This document shows positions 10,010 through 19,010 of a DNA stretch of 64,000 bases, piece by piece (the first letter of the stretch is position 1; every line of letters starts with the position of its first letter). The stretch is taken from positions 31,632-95,631 of the forward strand of contig CALVMH010000003.1 of the NCBI GenBank assembly GCA_944343275.1. The letters are read 5' to 3'. The DNA comes from an uncultured Clostridia bacterium. Its GTDB lineage: Bacteria; Bacillota; Clostridia; Christensenellales; Borkfalkiaceae. The translations under genes and the position numbers were made by a program. Below the pieces are notes generated by a model, which saw nothing but the letters and a program-made list of their open reading frames with translations, did no database searches and was not told the DNA's origin.

Positions 10010-11512
10010 TCAGTACAACAGCTGCGCGCCGTCCGGCAGGGTGAGCACCGCCGCATTGTCGCCGCGGACGGAGAACTTATCGTACTGCCAATCCGCATGC
10101 GGGATGAGATACACCCGCTTGTCCCGCCAGATGCCGCGCGCTTCCTCCGAAAGATAGCGCCCGAAGAGCAGGTTCTTCATGAATTCCGCGCTGCAATCGA
10201 CGATCGCCGCCATGTAATCGTCGGCAAAGCGGTCGGCAATGTCGCTGCGGATGAGGATGGAGAGATAGGTGTCCGAATGGGACGCCCCCTTCCCCGCGCA
10301 GCGGCGGCAGGGCTGCAAAAAGAAATCGGCTGCGCCGATGTTCGTGCGTTTGCGGGTGAACATGGTGACGCACATATCCCCCATGGGCGCGACGCGGCAC
10401 TTGGCGCGGTCGGGAAAGAGCGCCTCCGTGAGCGCCGCATCCACCGCCGCGCGGTGCTCCTCCTGCGTCATATCGATGAAATCGACGGCGACAAGCCCGC
10501 CGATGTTGCGCAGGCGCACCTGCCGCGCGATCTCGCGCGCGGCGGCGAGGTTGACGGCGAGCACCGTGCTTTCGAGGTCGCTGTCCCCCACGAATTTCCC
10601 CGTGTTGACGTCGATGACGGTCATCGCCTCCGTCGTGTCAATGACGAGATACCCTCCGTTGCCGAGCGGGACGGTGCGTTCCGCAAGCATGCGCAGCTGC
10701 CCCGCGATGCCGTGAACGCGGAACATGCTCCTGCCGTCCGCATACAGCGTGACGGCGCGCTCGGAAAGGTCGGGGCGCAGGCGGGCGAGCTGCACGATCT
10801 TTTCATAAGTGGCGCGTTCCCCCACATAGATATGCGTGATGCCGCTGCCGAGACCGTCGCGCATGACGCGCATGGGCAGGTCGTATTCCTGATAGACGAC
10901 GTCCCCCGCCTTTGCCGTCTGCGCCACCGCCTGCACCGACCGCCACACGCGCTTCAAATACTCCGATTCGATTTTCAGATGCCGCCTGTCGGCGTTCTCC
11001 GCCGCCGTGCGGACGATGAATCCCGCGCCCTTTTCCCGCAGTTTGTCCGCCTCCTTCAACAGGCGTCCGCGCACGGCTTCGTCCGTGATCTTGCGGGAGA
11101 TGCCAAGAAAATCCGTCTGCGGAAGGTAGATGAGCGTCTTGCCGACAAAGGACAGATCGCACGTCACCTTTGCCCCCTTCGTTCCGCGCGGAGGCTTGAC
11201 GATCTGAACGAGGATCTCGTCCCCCTCTTTGAGATCGGGCGCGCAGACGGCATTCCCCGCGCCGTCATAGGACGTGAAGAGCGCCGCGCCCTCCGCAAGA
11301 GGAAGGTAGCAGTTTTTTTCAAGACCGCAGGAGACGAACGCCGCCTGCATGCCGGGAAGCAGGTTGCACACCTTGCCTTTATAGATGTTTCCCGTCAGCT
11401 CTGCGCTGCCGCACCGCTCGAACGCCGCTTCGAGAATGTTCCCGTCCTCGGCATAGACGGCGATCTGCGTGCCGCAGAAGCGGTCAAAAAACCATTCCTT
11501 CTTCATTCGCAA
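10010..11512 (-). CDS. rng: ribonuclease G/E family (Rne/Rng)
   Basis: N-terminal S1 fold (IYKGKVCNLLPGMQAAFV), then the RNase E/G catalytic core (LVIDTTEAMTVIDVNTGKF, NLAAAREIARQVRLRNIGGLVAVDFIDM). The ORF-track start at 11512 is TTG. An ATG at 11506 is an alternative start. Confidence 0.85.
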   Translation of the reverse strand: MRMKKEWFFDRFCGTQIAVYAEDGNILEAAFERCGSAELTGNIYKGKVCNLLPGMQAAFVSCGLEKNCYLPLAEGAALFTSYDGAGNAVCAPDLKEGDEILVQIVKPPRGTKGAKVTCDLSFVGKTLIYLPQTDFLGISRKITDEAVRGRLLKEADKLREKGAGFIVRTAAENADRRHLKIESEYLKRVWRSVQAVAQTAKAGDVVYQEYDLPMRVMRDGLGSGITHIYVGERATYEKIVQLARLRPDLSERAVTLYADGRSMFRVHGIAGQLRMLAERTVPLGNGGYLVIDTTEAMTVIDVNTGKFVGDSDLESTVLAVNLAAAREIARQVRLRNIGGLVAVDFIDMTQEEHRAAVDAALTEALFPDRAKCRVAPMGDMCVTMFTRKRTNIGAADFFLQPCRRCAGKGASHSDTYLSILIRSDIADRFADDYMAAIVDCSAEFMKNLLFGRYLSEEARGIWRDKRVYLIPHADWQYDKFSVRGDNAAVLTLPDGAQLLY

Positions 11513-11593
11513 ACGTACCCTTTTCCCTAAGGGGGATCAAACAATTTGCACCATTGTACCACACCGCGCGCTTTTTTTCAAGCCTTTTTGACG

Positions 11594-12436
11594 TTATCGG
11601 AATTGCGGAAGCAATTCGCCGAGCGGCGCGCTCCACCTGCCCTCCTTGACGGCGGACAAATACTCCTCCTCGGTGAGTTCGCCGAGGAACTCCCCGCCCG
11701 TGAAGAGCACGAGCACGAGATATTTTTCCTCCCGCAAAAAGCGGAAGGCGTCCTGCACCGTCTTTTCCGCGGAGATGACGACGCGCCGCTCCTCCATGCC
11801 GCGCGCAAGCCCCTTCTCCCGCGAAAAGGTGAGGCGCGCATACCTGCCGCCGCCGAAGGCGCCCGCCGCAAGCAGGACGGCAAAGATGAGCGCGGTATAG
11901 GCGGGAGCGGAAAAACACGTCCACACAAAGTAGGCGAGCACGCCCGCCGCGGTGAGCAGCGTGACGGCGCGGCAGATCATGCGCGCGCGCCGTTCGCCGA
12001 GGGGGGACAGCAGAAGATGCAGCATCCGCCCCCCGTCGAGGGGATAGGCAGGCAGCAGATTGACGAGGAACAGCGAAAAGGAGACCTGTGCCGCCGTGTC
12101 GGTGTAGGGATAGGTCTCCGGGAAGAGCCACCACAGCGCAACAAAGGCGAGCGCCGTTGCCGCGTTTGCGAGCGGTCCCGCCGCAAGAACGCACAATTCC
12201 TGCCGCTTCCCGATACCCGCAATGTCCCCCGAAAGCACCGCGCCGTAGGGCATCAGGATGAGCCTGTCGAGCGCAAACCCGTACCTGCGCGCGGCAAAGG
12301 CGTGCGCGCATTCGTGTTCGGCGGCTGCGAGCGCCGCCGCAAGGAACATGAGCAGATCCCCCGTGAAGGCGGAGGCAAGCCCCGCCGCAAGAAAGAGCGG
12401 ATGAATGCGGAAGCGAAGCTGCTTAGCTCCAGGCAA
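11594..12436 (-). CDS. spoIVFB: M50 site-2 protease with C-terminal CBS-like domain (SpoIVFB-like)
   Basis: HExxH motif (AEHECAHAF) and NLLPAYPLDGGRML motif in a polytopic membrane protein. The C-terminus is CBS-like. It lies directly downstream of a degenerate LytM protein, as in spoIVFA-spoIVFB. The start is uncertain: TTG 12436 follows GGAAGGGGG, and ATG 12484 is an alternative. Confidence 0.7.
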   Translation of the reverse strand: MPGAKQLRFRIHPLFLAAGLASAFTGDLLMFLAAALAAAEHECAHAFAARRYGFALDRLILMPYGAVLSGDIAGIGKRQELCVLAAGPLANAATALAFVALWWLFPETYPYTDTAAQVSFSLFLVNLLPAYPLDGGRMLHLLLSPLGERRARMICRAVTLLTAAGVLAYFVWTCFSAPAYTALIFAVLLAAGAFGGGRYARLTFSREKGLARGMEERRVVISAEKTVQDAFRFLREEKYLVLVLFTGGEFLGELTEEEYLSAVKEGRWSAPLGELLPQFR

Positions 12437-13151
12437 GCGTTCCCCCTTCCACCGTGACGCAGTCGAGCAGGCTCCCTTCCTCATAGAAGGTGACGCGCAC
12501 GGGGTGCGTTCCGTCCGTATAGGCGAGCGGAACGTTGTGCAAAACGTTCTCGCCTTCCGCAAAGTAGACGTTCGTCAGCCCGCTCATGACGGTGGAGAAG
12601 AGATCGGAGTGGCGCAGTTCCACCGTATAACCGTTTTCCGCGTCGCCGCCGACGGACGCGACTTCCCCGTCGCAGGGGGCGTACACGGAACACGCCGCCG
12701 TGAAGGAGAGCACGCCCGTGTCCGAGACGGCAAGCTCGACGTCAGCAAACTCGCTGACGACGGGTGAGAGCGTGAAGTCCTCATATGTGCGCGTATCCGA
12801 CGCCTCCGCCGTTCCGTTCCACAGCCCGCGCACAAAGGTGTTGATGGCGCTGTCCGTCATGAAGATATTCGTCAGGAAGATGGTCGCGCACAGCGCGCAC
12901 ACGGCGATCAGTTCCCCCCACAGGATGCGGCGGGAGAGCTTTTCGCGCCTGTCCCGCGGCTGCGTCTCGCGCGCGATGGGCGTGCTCTCGGCATAGGCGG
13001 GATCCGCCTCCTCCATGCGGTCGTTGACCATCTCCGCCACGCGGTCGGAAAGTTCCTCCTGCTTTGCGCGGCGGCGCCGCTCCCTGCGGTTGACGGTCAC
13101 CGTCTCCACCGGGATCTCCAGCATCTCGGCATAACTGAGTTCTTCGTTCAT
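12423..13151 (-). CDS. membrane protein with degenerate M23/LytM domain (SpoIVFA-like)
   Basis: Charged N-terminus, one TM segment (ILWGELIAVCALCATIFLTNIF), and a C-terminal LytM-like fold (YAPCDGEVASVGGDAENGYTVELRHSDLFSTVMSGL...) that lacks the HxxxD/HxH metal ligands. Start ATG 13151 follows AGAGGUG. Confidence 0.55.
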   Translation of the reverse strand: MNEELSYAEMLEIPVETVTVNRRERRRRAKQEELSDRVAEMVNDRMEEADPAYAESTPIARETQPRDRREKLSRRILWGELIAVCALCATIFLTNIFMTDSAINTFVRGLWNGTAEASDTRTYEDFTLSPVVSEFADVELAVSDTGVLSFTAACSVYAPCDGEVASVGGDAENGYTVELRHSDLFSTVMSGLTNVYFAEGENVLHNVPLAYTDGTHPVRVTFYEEGSLLDCVTVEGGTLAWS

Positions 13152-13359
13152 ACCCACACCTCTTGATGAATTTCGTTTGAACGGGATTCCCGCCAAGCTA
13201 TCATACTATATGCCGCCCGCGGACGGTTTAGAAGAGAAAAACACTGTCGAAGCGCGTCGCACCCTGTCGGCGCCGACACGCAAAAAAAGCGGCGCATGCC
13301 GCACCGCCTTTTCACGGATGCGGCGCGCCGCTTCAAGGCGCGCCGCAAAGAGGTATCCG

Positions 13360-13386
13360 AAAAAGGACAGGCGTCAGTGCCTGTCC
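13360..13386 (-). terminator. intrinsic terminator overlapping the cysteine desulfurase stop codon
   Basis: Minus strand: GGACAGGC-ACUGAC-GCCUGUCC followed by UUUUUCGG. Two further hairpins lie just downstream (about 13319-13346 and 13283-13305), the latter with a U7 tract. Confidence 0.65.
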
Positions 13387-14483
13387 GCAAATCGTTTGTA
13401 ACACGCCGTCACGATGTCCGCCGCACGCGCGGCGTCCTCCTCCGTGCTCTCCCGCCCGAAGGAAAACCGCACGCCGCGCAGCGCTTCCTCCGCCGTTCTG
13501 CCCATCGCCGTGAGCACGTGCGACGGTTTTGCGCTGTGTGCGGAACACGCCGCCCCGCCCGAACAGGCGACGCCCGCAAGGTCCAGAACGTCCAAAAACG
13601 CCGTACCGCCGCGCGCGAACGTGAGATGCGAAATGTTGGAAACGCGCCGCCCGCCGTCCGCATGCACTTCCCCGCCGAGCGCCGCAAAGACGCGCTGCTC
13701 GAAGAGCGTGCGCAGCGAGCCCGTATGCCGCACGAAGCGAGCGCGTTCCGCCTGCGCCAGCGTGAGCGCGCGCGCCAGCCCGACGGCGCCTGCCACGTTG
13801 CTCGTTCCGCCGCGCAGCCCGCGCTCCTGCTCTCCCCCCGCAATGAGGGGCGCGAGCGGAACGCCCTTGCGGACGACGAGAACGCCCGCACCCTTTGGTC
13901 CGCCCATCTTGTGCGCGGAGAGGGAGAGCGCGTCGCAATGGCGGGCAAGTTCCCTGACGTCGCACGCGCAGGCCGCCTGTACACAGTCGGAAAAGAAGTA
14001 TGCGCCCGCCGCATGCGCGGCATCGGCGAGCTCCGCAACGGGCTGGACGCTGCCCGTCTCGTTGTTGACCGCCATCACGCAAACGAGGGACACGTCCGCC
14101 CGATCGCCAAGCGCATCGCGGACATGGTCATGGGTGACGATGCCGTCCGTCCCCACGCCGAGCAGGGCATGCTCCCTGCCTTGCACCCCCTGCAAGACGG
14201 CGGCGTGTTCAATGGGGGAAAGGAGCGCCGCGCCCCCCCTTGCGAGACGGCGCACCGCCCAATTGTCCGCCTCCGTTCCGCCCGAAGTGAAATACACCTC
14301 CGAGGGCTGCACGCCGAGCGCCGCAGCCGCTTCGTCGCGCGCGGAACGCAGCAATTGCGCCGCGCGGCGCCCCTGCGCATGCAGGGAGTCGGGATTGCCG
14401 AACTGTTCCGAAAAACACGGCAGCATCGCTTCGAGCACTTCCCGCCGCACGGGGGACGTAGCGGCATAATCGAGATAGATCAT
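13374..14483 (-). CDS. cysteine desulfurase (class V aminotransferase, NifS/IscS-like)
   Basis: MIYLDYAATSPV..., GGTEADNWA, SLSAHKMGGPKGAGVL (PLP-Lys), and ACSGGAACSAHS (catalytic Cys loop). Confidence 0.85.
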   Translation of the reverse strand: MIYLDYAATSPVRREVLEAMLPCFSEQFGNPDSLHAQGRRAAQLLRSARDEAAAALGVQPSEVYFTSGGTEADNWAVRRLARGGAALLSPIEHAAVLQGVQGREHALLGVGTDGIVTHDHVRDALGDRADVSLVCVMAVNNETGSVQPVAELADAAHAAGAYFFSDCVQAACACDVRELARHCDALSLSAHKMGGPKGAGVLVVRKGVPLAPLIAGGEQERGLRGGTSNVAGAVGLARALTLAQAERARFVRHTGSLRTLFEQRVFAALGGEVHADGGRRVSNISHLTFARGGTAFLDVLDLAGVACSGGAACSAHSAKPSHVLTAMGRTAEEALRGVRFSFGRESTEEDAARAADIVTACYKRFADRH

Positions 14484-15160
14484 TTGACAAGTTCTCCGAT
14501 GATGTATTCCGCCATCAGCAGCCCCATGACGGGCGGGACGAAGGAAACAGAGCCCACCATGTCCGCACTTCCCCGCTTCGGAACTTCGTCCGACCAGACG
14601 ACGGGCAGACGGGTGACGCCGCGCGCGCCGAGCTCTCTGCGCAGCACGCGGGCGAGGGGATCGACGCGCGTCTCGAACAGGTCGCCCAAACGGAAGGCGG
14701 CAGCGGAGAGTTTGTTCCCCGCCCCCGTCGCCGAAATGACGGGAACGCCCGCCTCCCGTGCGGCGCAGATGAGATGCACTTTTGCGGTGACGGTGTCGAT
14801 GCAGTCGGCGACGAAGGAATACCCCGCGAGCGGGACGCTCTGCGCCGTTTCGGGAAGATAAAACAGTTCATGCGCCTCCACGCGGCACGCGGGGGAAATG
14901 TCGGCGATGCGCGCCTGCATGACGCGCACCTTCGGCTGTCCGAGCGTGGAACGGAGCGCGACGATCTGGCGGTTCAGATTGCTCTCTTCCACGACGTCCT
15001 TATCGATGAGCGCAAGGCTGCCGACGCCCGCCCGCGCAAGCGCCTCGGCGCACCAGCCGCCCACGCCGCCCAGCCCGAACACGGCGACGCGGCTGTTTTG
15101 AAGTTTTTCCACGCCCGCTTCCCCCAGCAACAGGGCGGTGCGGCTGTAAAATTCCTGCAT
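14480..15160 (-). CDS. tcdA: tRNA threonylcarbamoyladenosine dehydratase (ThiF-family, TcdA-like)
   Basis: YSRTALLLGEAGVEKLQNSRVAVFGLGGVGGWCAEALARAGVGSLALIDKDVVEESNLNRQ. Start set to ATG 15160. An ATGA overlap links it to the downstream desulfurase start. Confidence 0.75.
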   Translation of the reverse strand: MQEFYSRTALLLGEAGVEKLQNSRVAVFGLGGVGGWCAEALARAGVGSLALIDKDVVEESNLNRQIVALRSTLGQPKVRVMQARIADISPACRVEAHELFYLPETAQSVPLAGYSFVADCIDTVTAKVHLICAAREAGVPVISATGAGNKLSAAAFRLGDLFETRVDPLARVLRRELGARGVTRLPVVWSDEVPKRGSADMVGSVSFVPPVMGLLMAEYIIGELVK

Positions 15161-15256
15161 GCCTCTATTATAAGCCTCCGCCGCCCGTTTGTCAAAAGAA
15201 ATACGCCCCGCCGCGCACGCATAAAGAACGGAACGGGAAACATACTTCATCCTGAA

Positions 15257-16696
15257 ATGGAAACCAAGGAAATAACAGGCAGGGCACAAGAGGACGCGGC
15301 GGCGCTCAAAGCGCTCCTGCCCGCGCAGGACATTCTGACCTTTTCGTTCGCGGACGGCAAGGGGCGGGAGTACGTCTGCATCTTCGCGGACGCGCTGACC
15401 GACAAGGACCTGCTCTCCGAACAGGCGCTGCGCCCCCTTTCCTGCTATGCAGGTGCGGCAGACGCGGACGCCGTCGCGCGCGCCGCCCTCTCCCCCGAAG
15501 TGCGCGCGGAGGCATCGTATGAAAAACTTGCCGCGGAAGTGCTTGCGGGCAACCCCGTTCTCGTGTGGGAAGGGGCAGACAAGGGGCTTGCGCTCGGCAC
15601 CAAAAAGATCGCCGTGCGCGCCGTTGCCGAACCGCCGACGGACGTCGCCATCAAGGGTCCGCGCGAGGGGTTCGTGGAGGACATCAAGACGAACACGTCG
15701 CTCATCCGCAGGCGGCTGAAAACGGGAGAACTGATGATCGAGATGCTGCCCGTGGGGCGGCGTTCGCAGACGAACGTGGCGCTCTGCTGGCTGGACGGCA
15801 CCTGCCGCGCGGACATCGTCGACGCGCTGCGCAAAAAACTTTCCGCCATCGACATCGACGCCCTCCCCGACGCCTCCTATCTCACGCGCTTTCTTACGGA
15901 CAAGCCCTACTCCCTCGTCAAACAGACGGGCACGACGGAAAAACCCGACATCTTCTGCGCCAAGCTCGCGGAGGGGCGGGCGGGCATCCTGACGGACGGC
16001 TCCCCCATCGCGCTCACGCTGCCCTATCTGCTCGCCGAAGATTTTCAGTCCGGCGAAGACTACTTTGTCCCCGCCGCCCGCGCGACGTTCACCCGCCTGT
16101 TAAGGCTGTTCGCGCTGCTCGTCGCCGTTTATCTCCCCGCCTTCTATGTGGCGGCGCAGCTCTTCAAACTGCGCCTTCTGCCCGTGAAGTTGCTTCTGAC
16201 CATCGCGGGGAGCATCCGCGACATCCCGCTCTCCCCTTCCCTGGAAATGCTGCTCGTCCTGCTCGTGCTGGAAGTGCTGAACGAGGCGAGCATCCGCATG
16301 CCGAAATATGTGGGCATGGCGCTCTCGGTGGTGGGCGCGCTGGTGCTCGGCGAAACGGCGGTGAGCGCGGGGTTCGTCTCCACGCCCGCCATCATCATCG
16401 TGGCATTCAGCGGCATCGGGCTGTACGCCGTGCCCAACCTCATCGAAGAGACGAGCGTTCTGCGCCTGTTCATGCTGCTCGCCGCGGGCAGCGTGGGACC
16501 TTACGGCATCATGCTCGTCTCCGCGTTCGTCCTCGTCAGCCTCGTGACGACGGAGAACTACGGCGTTCCGCTGTGCGCGCCCTTTGCCCCCTTCTCCGCG
16601 CGCGACATGAAGGACGCCCTCGTTAAATTCAACCTGCTCTCCCTGAAAGAGCGCCCGCGCGCCCTGAACAGCCCCAACAAAAGGAGGATGAAATGA
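15257..16696 (+). CDS. spore germination protein, GerA family A subunit
   Basis: GerAA-type core (AIKGPREGFVEDIKTNTSLIRRRLK, TEKPDIFCAKLAEGRAGILTDGSPIALTLPYLL) plus a C-terminal TM bundle. It is first of an A-B-C tricistron. Start ATG 15257 has no clear RBS. Confidence 0.85.
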   Translation: METKEITGRAQEDAAALKALLPAQDILTFSFADGKGREYVCIFADALTDKDLLSEQALRPLSCYAGAADADAVARAALSPEVRAEASYEKLAAEVLAGNPVLVWEGADKGLALGTKKIAVRAVAEPPTDVAIKGPREGFVEDIKTNTSLIRRRLKTGELMIEMLPVGRRSQTNVALCWLDGTCRADIVDALRKKLSAIDIDALPDASYLTRFLTDKPYSLVKQTGTTEKPDIFCAKLAEGRAGILTDGSPIALTLPYLLAEDFQSGEDYFVPAARATFTRLLRLFALLVAVYLPAFYVAAQLFKLRLLPVKLLLTIAGSIRDIPLSPSLEMLLVLLVLEVLNEASIRMPKYVGMALSVVGALVLGETAVSAGFVSTPAIIIVAFSGIGLYAVPNLIEETSVLRLFMLLAAGSVGPYGIMLVSAFVLVSLVTTENYGVPLCAPFAPFSARDMKDALVKFNLLSLKERPRALNSPNKRRMK

Positions 16697-17769
16697 CCAT
16701 CACGCCCAGACAGATCTGCTTCTTTCTGGCGGGCATCGCGCCCGTCGGAAAGCTCATTTTGCTGCCCGCGAACCTCGCCGCGACGTGCGGGAACGACCTG
16801 CTCCTGCCCGTGCTTGCGCACGTCCTCGTGCAGTCCGTCCTCGTGTTCTGCGTGCTGTTGCTGGGACGCAGGGAACGCACGCTCTGTACGCTCCTGCGGG
16901 ACGCCTGCGGAAAGACGGCGGCGCGCATCGCCGCATGCCTGCTTGCCGCCTTTTTGCTCTTTGCCGCCTTTGTGCCCGTCATCGAACAAAAACTCCTCGT
17001 CAGAAGCACGTTTTACGACACCATCCCCGCCTATCTCGTCTTTACGCCCTTTTTCCTCTTTGCGGCGTACATCTGTGCCCGTCCGCTGCCGACGCTCGGG
17101 CGCCTGTGGGACATCCTTGCCCCGCTCGCCCTTACGGGCATGGCGGGCATTGCGCTGTTCTCCGCCGGCAGCGCCGACCTCGGCGCGCTTGCCCCTGCGG
17201 GCGCGGCGGGGGCAGGCGGATTTTTGAAGGGGGTGCAGACGGCGTGCGCATGGTTCTTCGACGCCGCACTGCTGCTGTGCCTGATCGGACGCTTCCCCTA
17301 CCGGAAGGGGCTTGCCCTCGGCGGGGCGCTGTGTTCGCTGGCGGGAGGCGGCGTGCTGCTGTTGCTCCTTGCCCTCTTCTACGGCGTCTTCCCCGGCATC
17401 GCCGTCATCCAAACGCCCGCCTTTTCGCGCATGAGCGGCTTTTTTGCGGGGATGACGGTGCTCGGCCGCATCGATTACTTTTTTATCTTTGCCGTCGCCT
17501 TTGCGATGACCTTCCACGCCGCCCTGCCCGTTCAGTGCGCCGTCGGGCTGCTGACGGAGGCATTCGGGAACAAAAAATACCTTGCGCCCGCGCTCTCCGT
17601 CCTCTTCTCCGCCCTCATGCTCTCCGCCGTCTACCTCGTTCATTTCCACACGTCCGCCGCAGTGCGGACGGTGACGGAGACGCTTTTTTGGATCTTCCCC
17701 CTCTTCACCGTCCTTGTGCCGCTGCTCGCTCTGCTCGTCTTCGGGAGGCGCCATGAAACGCTTTCTTAA
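16693..17769 (+). CDS. spore germination protein, GerAB-type (APC-like permease) subunit
   Basis: MTITPRQICFFLAGIAPVGKLILLPANL..., about 10 TM segments, and an ATGA overlap with the A subunit. Confidence 0.8.
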   Translation: MTITPRQICFFLAGIAPVGKLILLPANLAATCGNDLLLPVLAHVLVQSVLVFCVLLLGRRERTLCTLLRDACGKTAARIAACLLAAFLLFAAFVPVIEQKLLVRSTFYDTIPAYLVFTPFFLFAAYICARPLPTLGRLWDILAPLALTGMAGIALFSAGSADLGALAPAGAAGAGGFLKGVQTACAWFFDAALLLCLIGRFPYRKGLALGGALCSLAGGGVLLLLLALFYGVFPGIAVIQTPAFSRMSGFFAGMTVLGRIDYFFIFAVAFAMTFHAALPVQCAVGLLTEAFGNKKYLAPALSVLFSALMLSAVYLVHFHTSAAVRTVTETLFWIFPLFTVLVPLLALLVFGRRHETLS

Positions 17770-18934
17770 ACGGCTGCCCAACCGCCTGTGGGTGCTGCTG
17801 TGCCTCATCGTCCTGTTCGCCTTTTTCGCCAACGACTTCGGGCTGGTGGACATCCAGAAGACGGCAATCGTGCTTGCTGCGGGCATCGACCGCACGCCGG
17901 AAGGCTTCACGCTGACCGCGCAGATCGCCGTGCCGAAGGGAACGGACCGCACGACGGGCGGCACCTCCGGCGTGGAGATCGGCGGACAGGGCGAAAACAT
18001 CTCCGACTGCCTTTCCGATCTGTATGCCAAGACGGGCTGGGTCCCCAAGCTCGTGTTCTGCGATCTCCTCGTGCTGGGCGAAGGCGCCGTCCGCGAAGAC
18101 GTCTTTGACGGACTTGACTACTTCCTGCGCAACGAATATATCCCCGATTCCTGTCTGCTTGCCGCCTGCGAAGGCAGCGCCGCGGAGCTGCTCTCCTCCG
18201 AAAGCGCCATCGACGACACGTCCGCCCTCGCCCTCGGAAAACTCTTTTCGGACGCGGCGACCAAGTCGGGACAGGTGATGACGACCACGCTGCGCGAATT
18301 TGCCATCGGGTATTTCAACGAGAGCCGCAGCGGATACATGCCCTATGTGCGCATGCAGCAGCAGGAGAAGGGCGCGCAGAAAGAGGCGCAGGCATCCGGC
18401 GGCGCGCAGAACAAGCAGGGCGGACAGAGCGGACAGGACGGCGCACAAAAAATTTACAGCGCACGGGAGACCGCGCTCTTTTCCGAAGGCAGACTCGCCG
18501 CCCTGCTCTCTCCCGAAGAGACGCTTGCGTTCAGCCTGCTGAAAGGGAACGTATACGCAGGCACGTTCACGACGGACGGGCGCTCCTATGTCATTCTCAA
18601 AAACAAGGGAAGCGTGGACGTCGGGACGCGGGACGTGCCGGACATCCGCCTGTATGCGGGATGCAAGGTGCAGCTGTGCGGCGAACGGGAGACCGCTTCC
18701 CCCGAACGCCTTGCGCGGGGCGAACTCTCCGAACAGGAGGAGGCACATGTCTCCGAAGTGCTCACGCAGTACGCAAAACGCCTGTGGGATACCTGCGCCG
18801 CCGCCGACTGCGATTTCCTCTTTTTCCGCCGCTCCCTGCGGCGCGCCTCCCCCGCCCTGTACGGAACATGGAAGGATGTCCCCCTCTCCTCCGTTCCCGC
18901 AGACATCGTTGTCCGCGCCGAAAGCCTGCGCTGA
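17753..18934 (+). CDS. spore germination protein, Ger(x)C-family lipoprotein subunit
   Basis: MKRFLKRLPNRLWVLLCLIVLFAFFANDFGLVDIQKTAIVLAAGID, a typical GerAC N-terminus. Start ATG 17753 follows GGGAGG. Confidence 0.8.
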   Translation: MKRFLKRLPNRLWVLLCLIVLFAFFANDFGLVDIQKTAIVLAAGIDRTPEGFTLTAQIAVPKGTDRTTGGTSGVEIGGQGENISDCLSDLYAKTGWVPKLVFCDLLVLGEGAVREDVFDGLDYFLRNEYIPDSCLLAACEGSAAELLSSESAIDDTSALALGKLFSDAATKSGQVMTTTLREFAIGYFNESRSGYMPYVRMQQQEKGAQKEAQASGGAQNKQGGQSGQDGAQKIYSARETALFSEGRLAALLSPEETLAFSLLKGNVYAGTFTTDGRSYVILKNKGSVDVGTRDVPDIRLYAGCKVQLCGERETASPERLARGELSEQEEAHVSEVLTQYAKRLWDTCAAADCDFLFFRRSLRRASPALYGTWKDVPLSSVPADIVVRAESLR

Positions 18935-18976
18935 AATGCCGAAAAAATTTTTTTCGGAAAATTTTTTCCAAACCCC

Positions 18977-19004
18977 TTGACAAATCCGAAAGACCTGCTA
19001 TAAT
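18977..19004 (+). promoter_or_regulatory. near-consensus sigma-A promoter with extended -10, driving the candidate ncRNA
   Basis: TTGACA (18977-18982), 16-nt spacer, TGcTATAAT (18996-19004). It lies 43 nt after the gerC-type stop. Confidence 0.7.
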
Positions 19005-19010
19005 AAAGGT

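Noticed and set aside
15219-15247. A sigma-G/F-like forespore promoter for the ger operon: GCATA-17-CATACTT.
   Set aside because: The motif match is reasonable and biologically expected. However, the -10 ends only 10 nt before the only plausible start codon (15257), leaving no room for a 5' UTR or RBS. It is not supportable as a feature without transcription start mapping.
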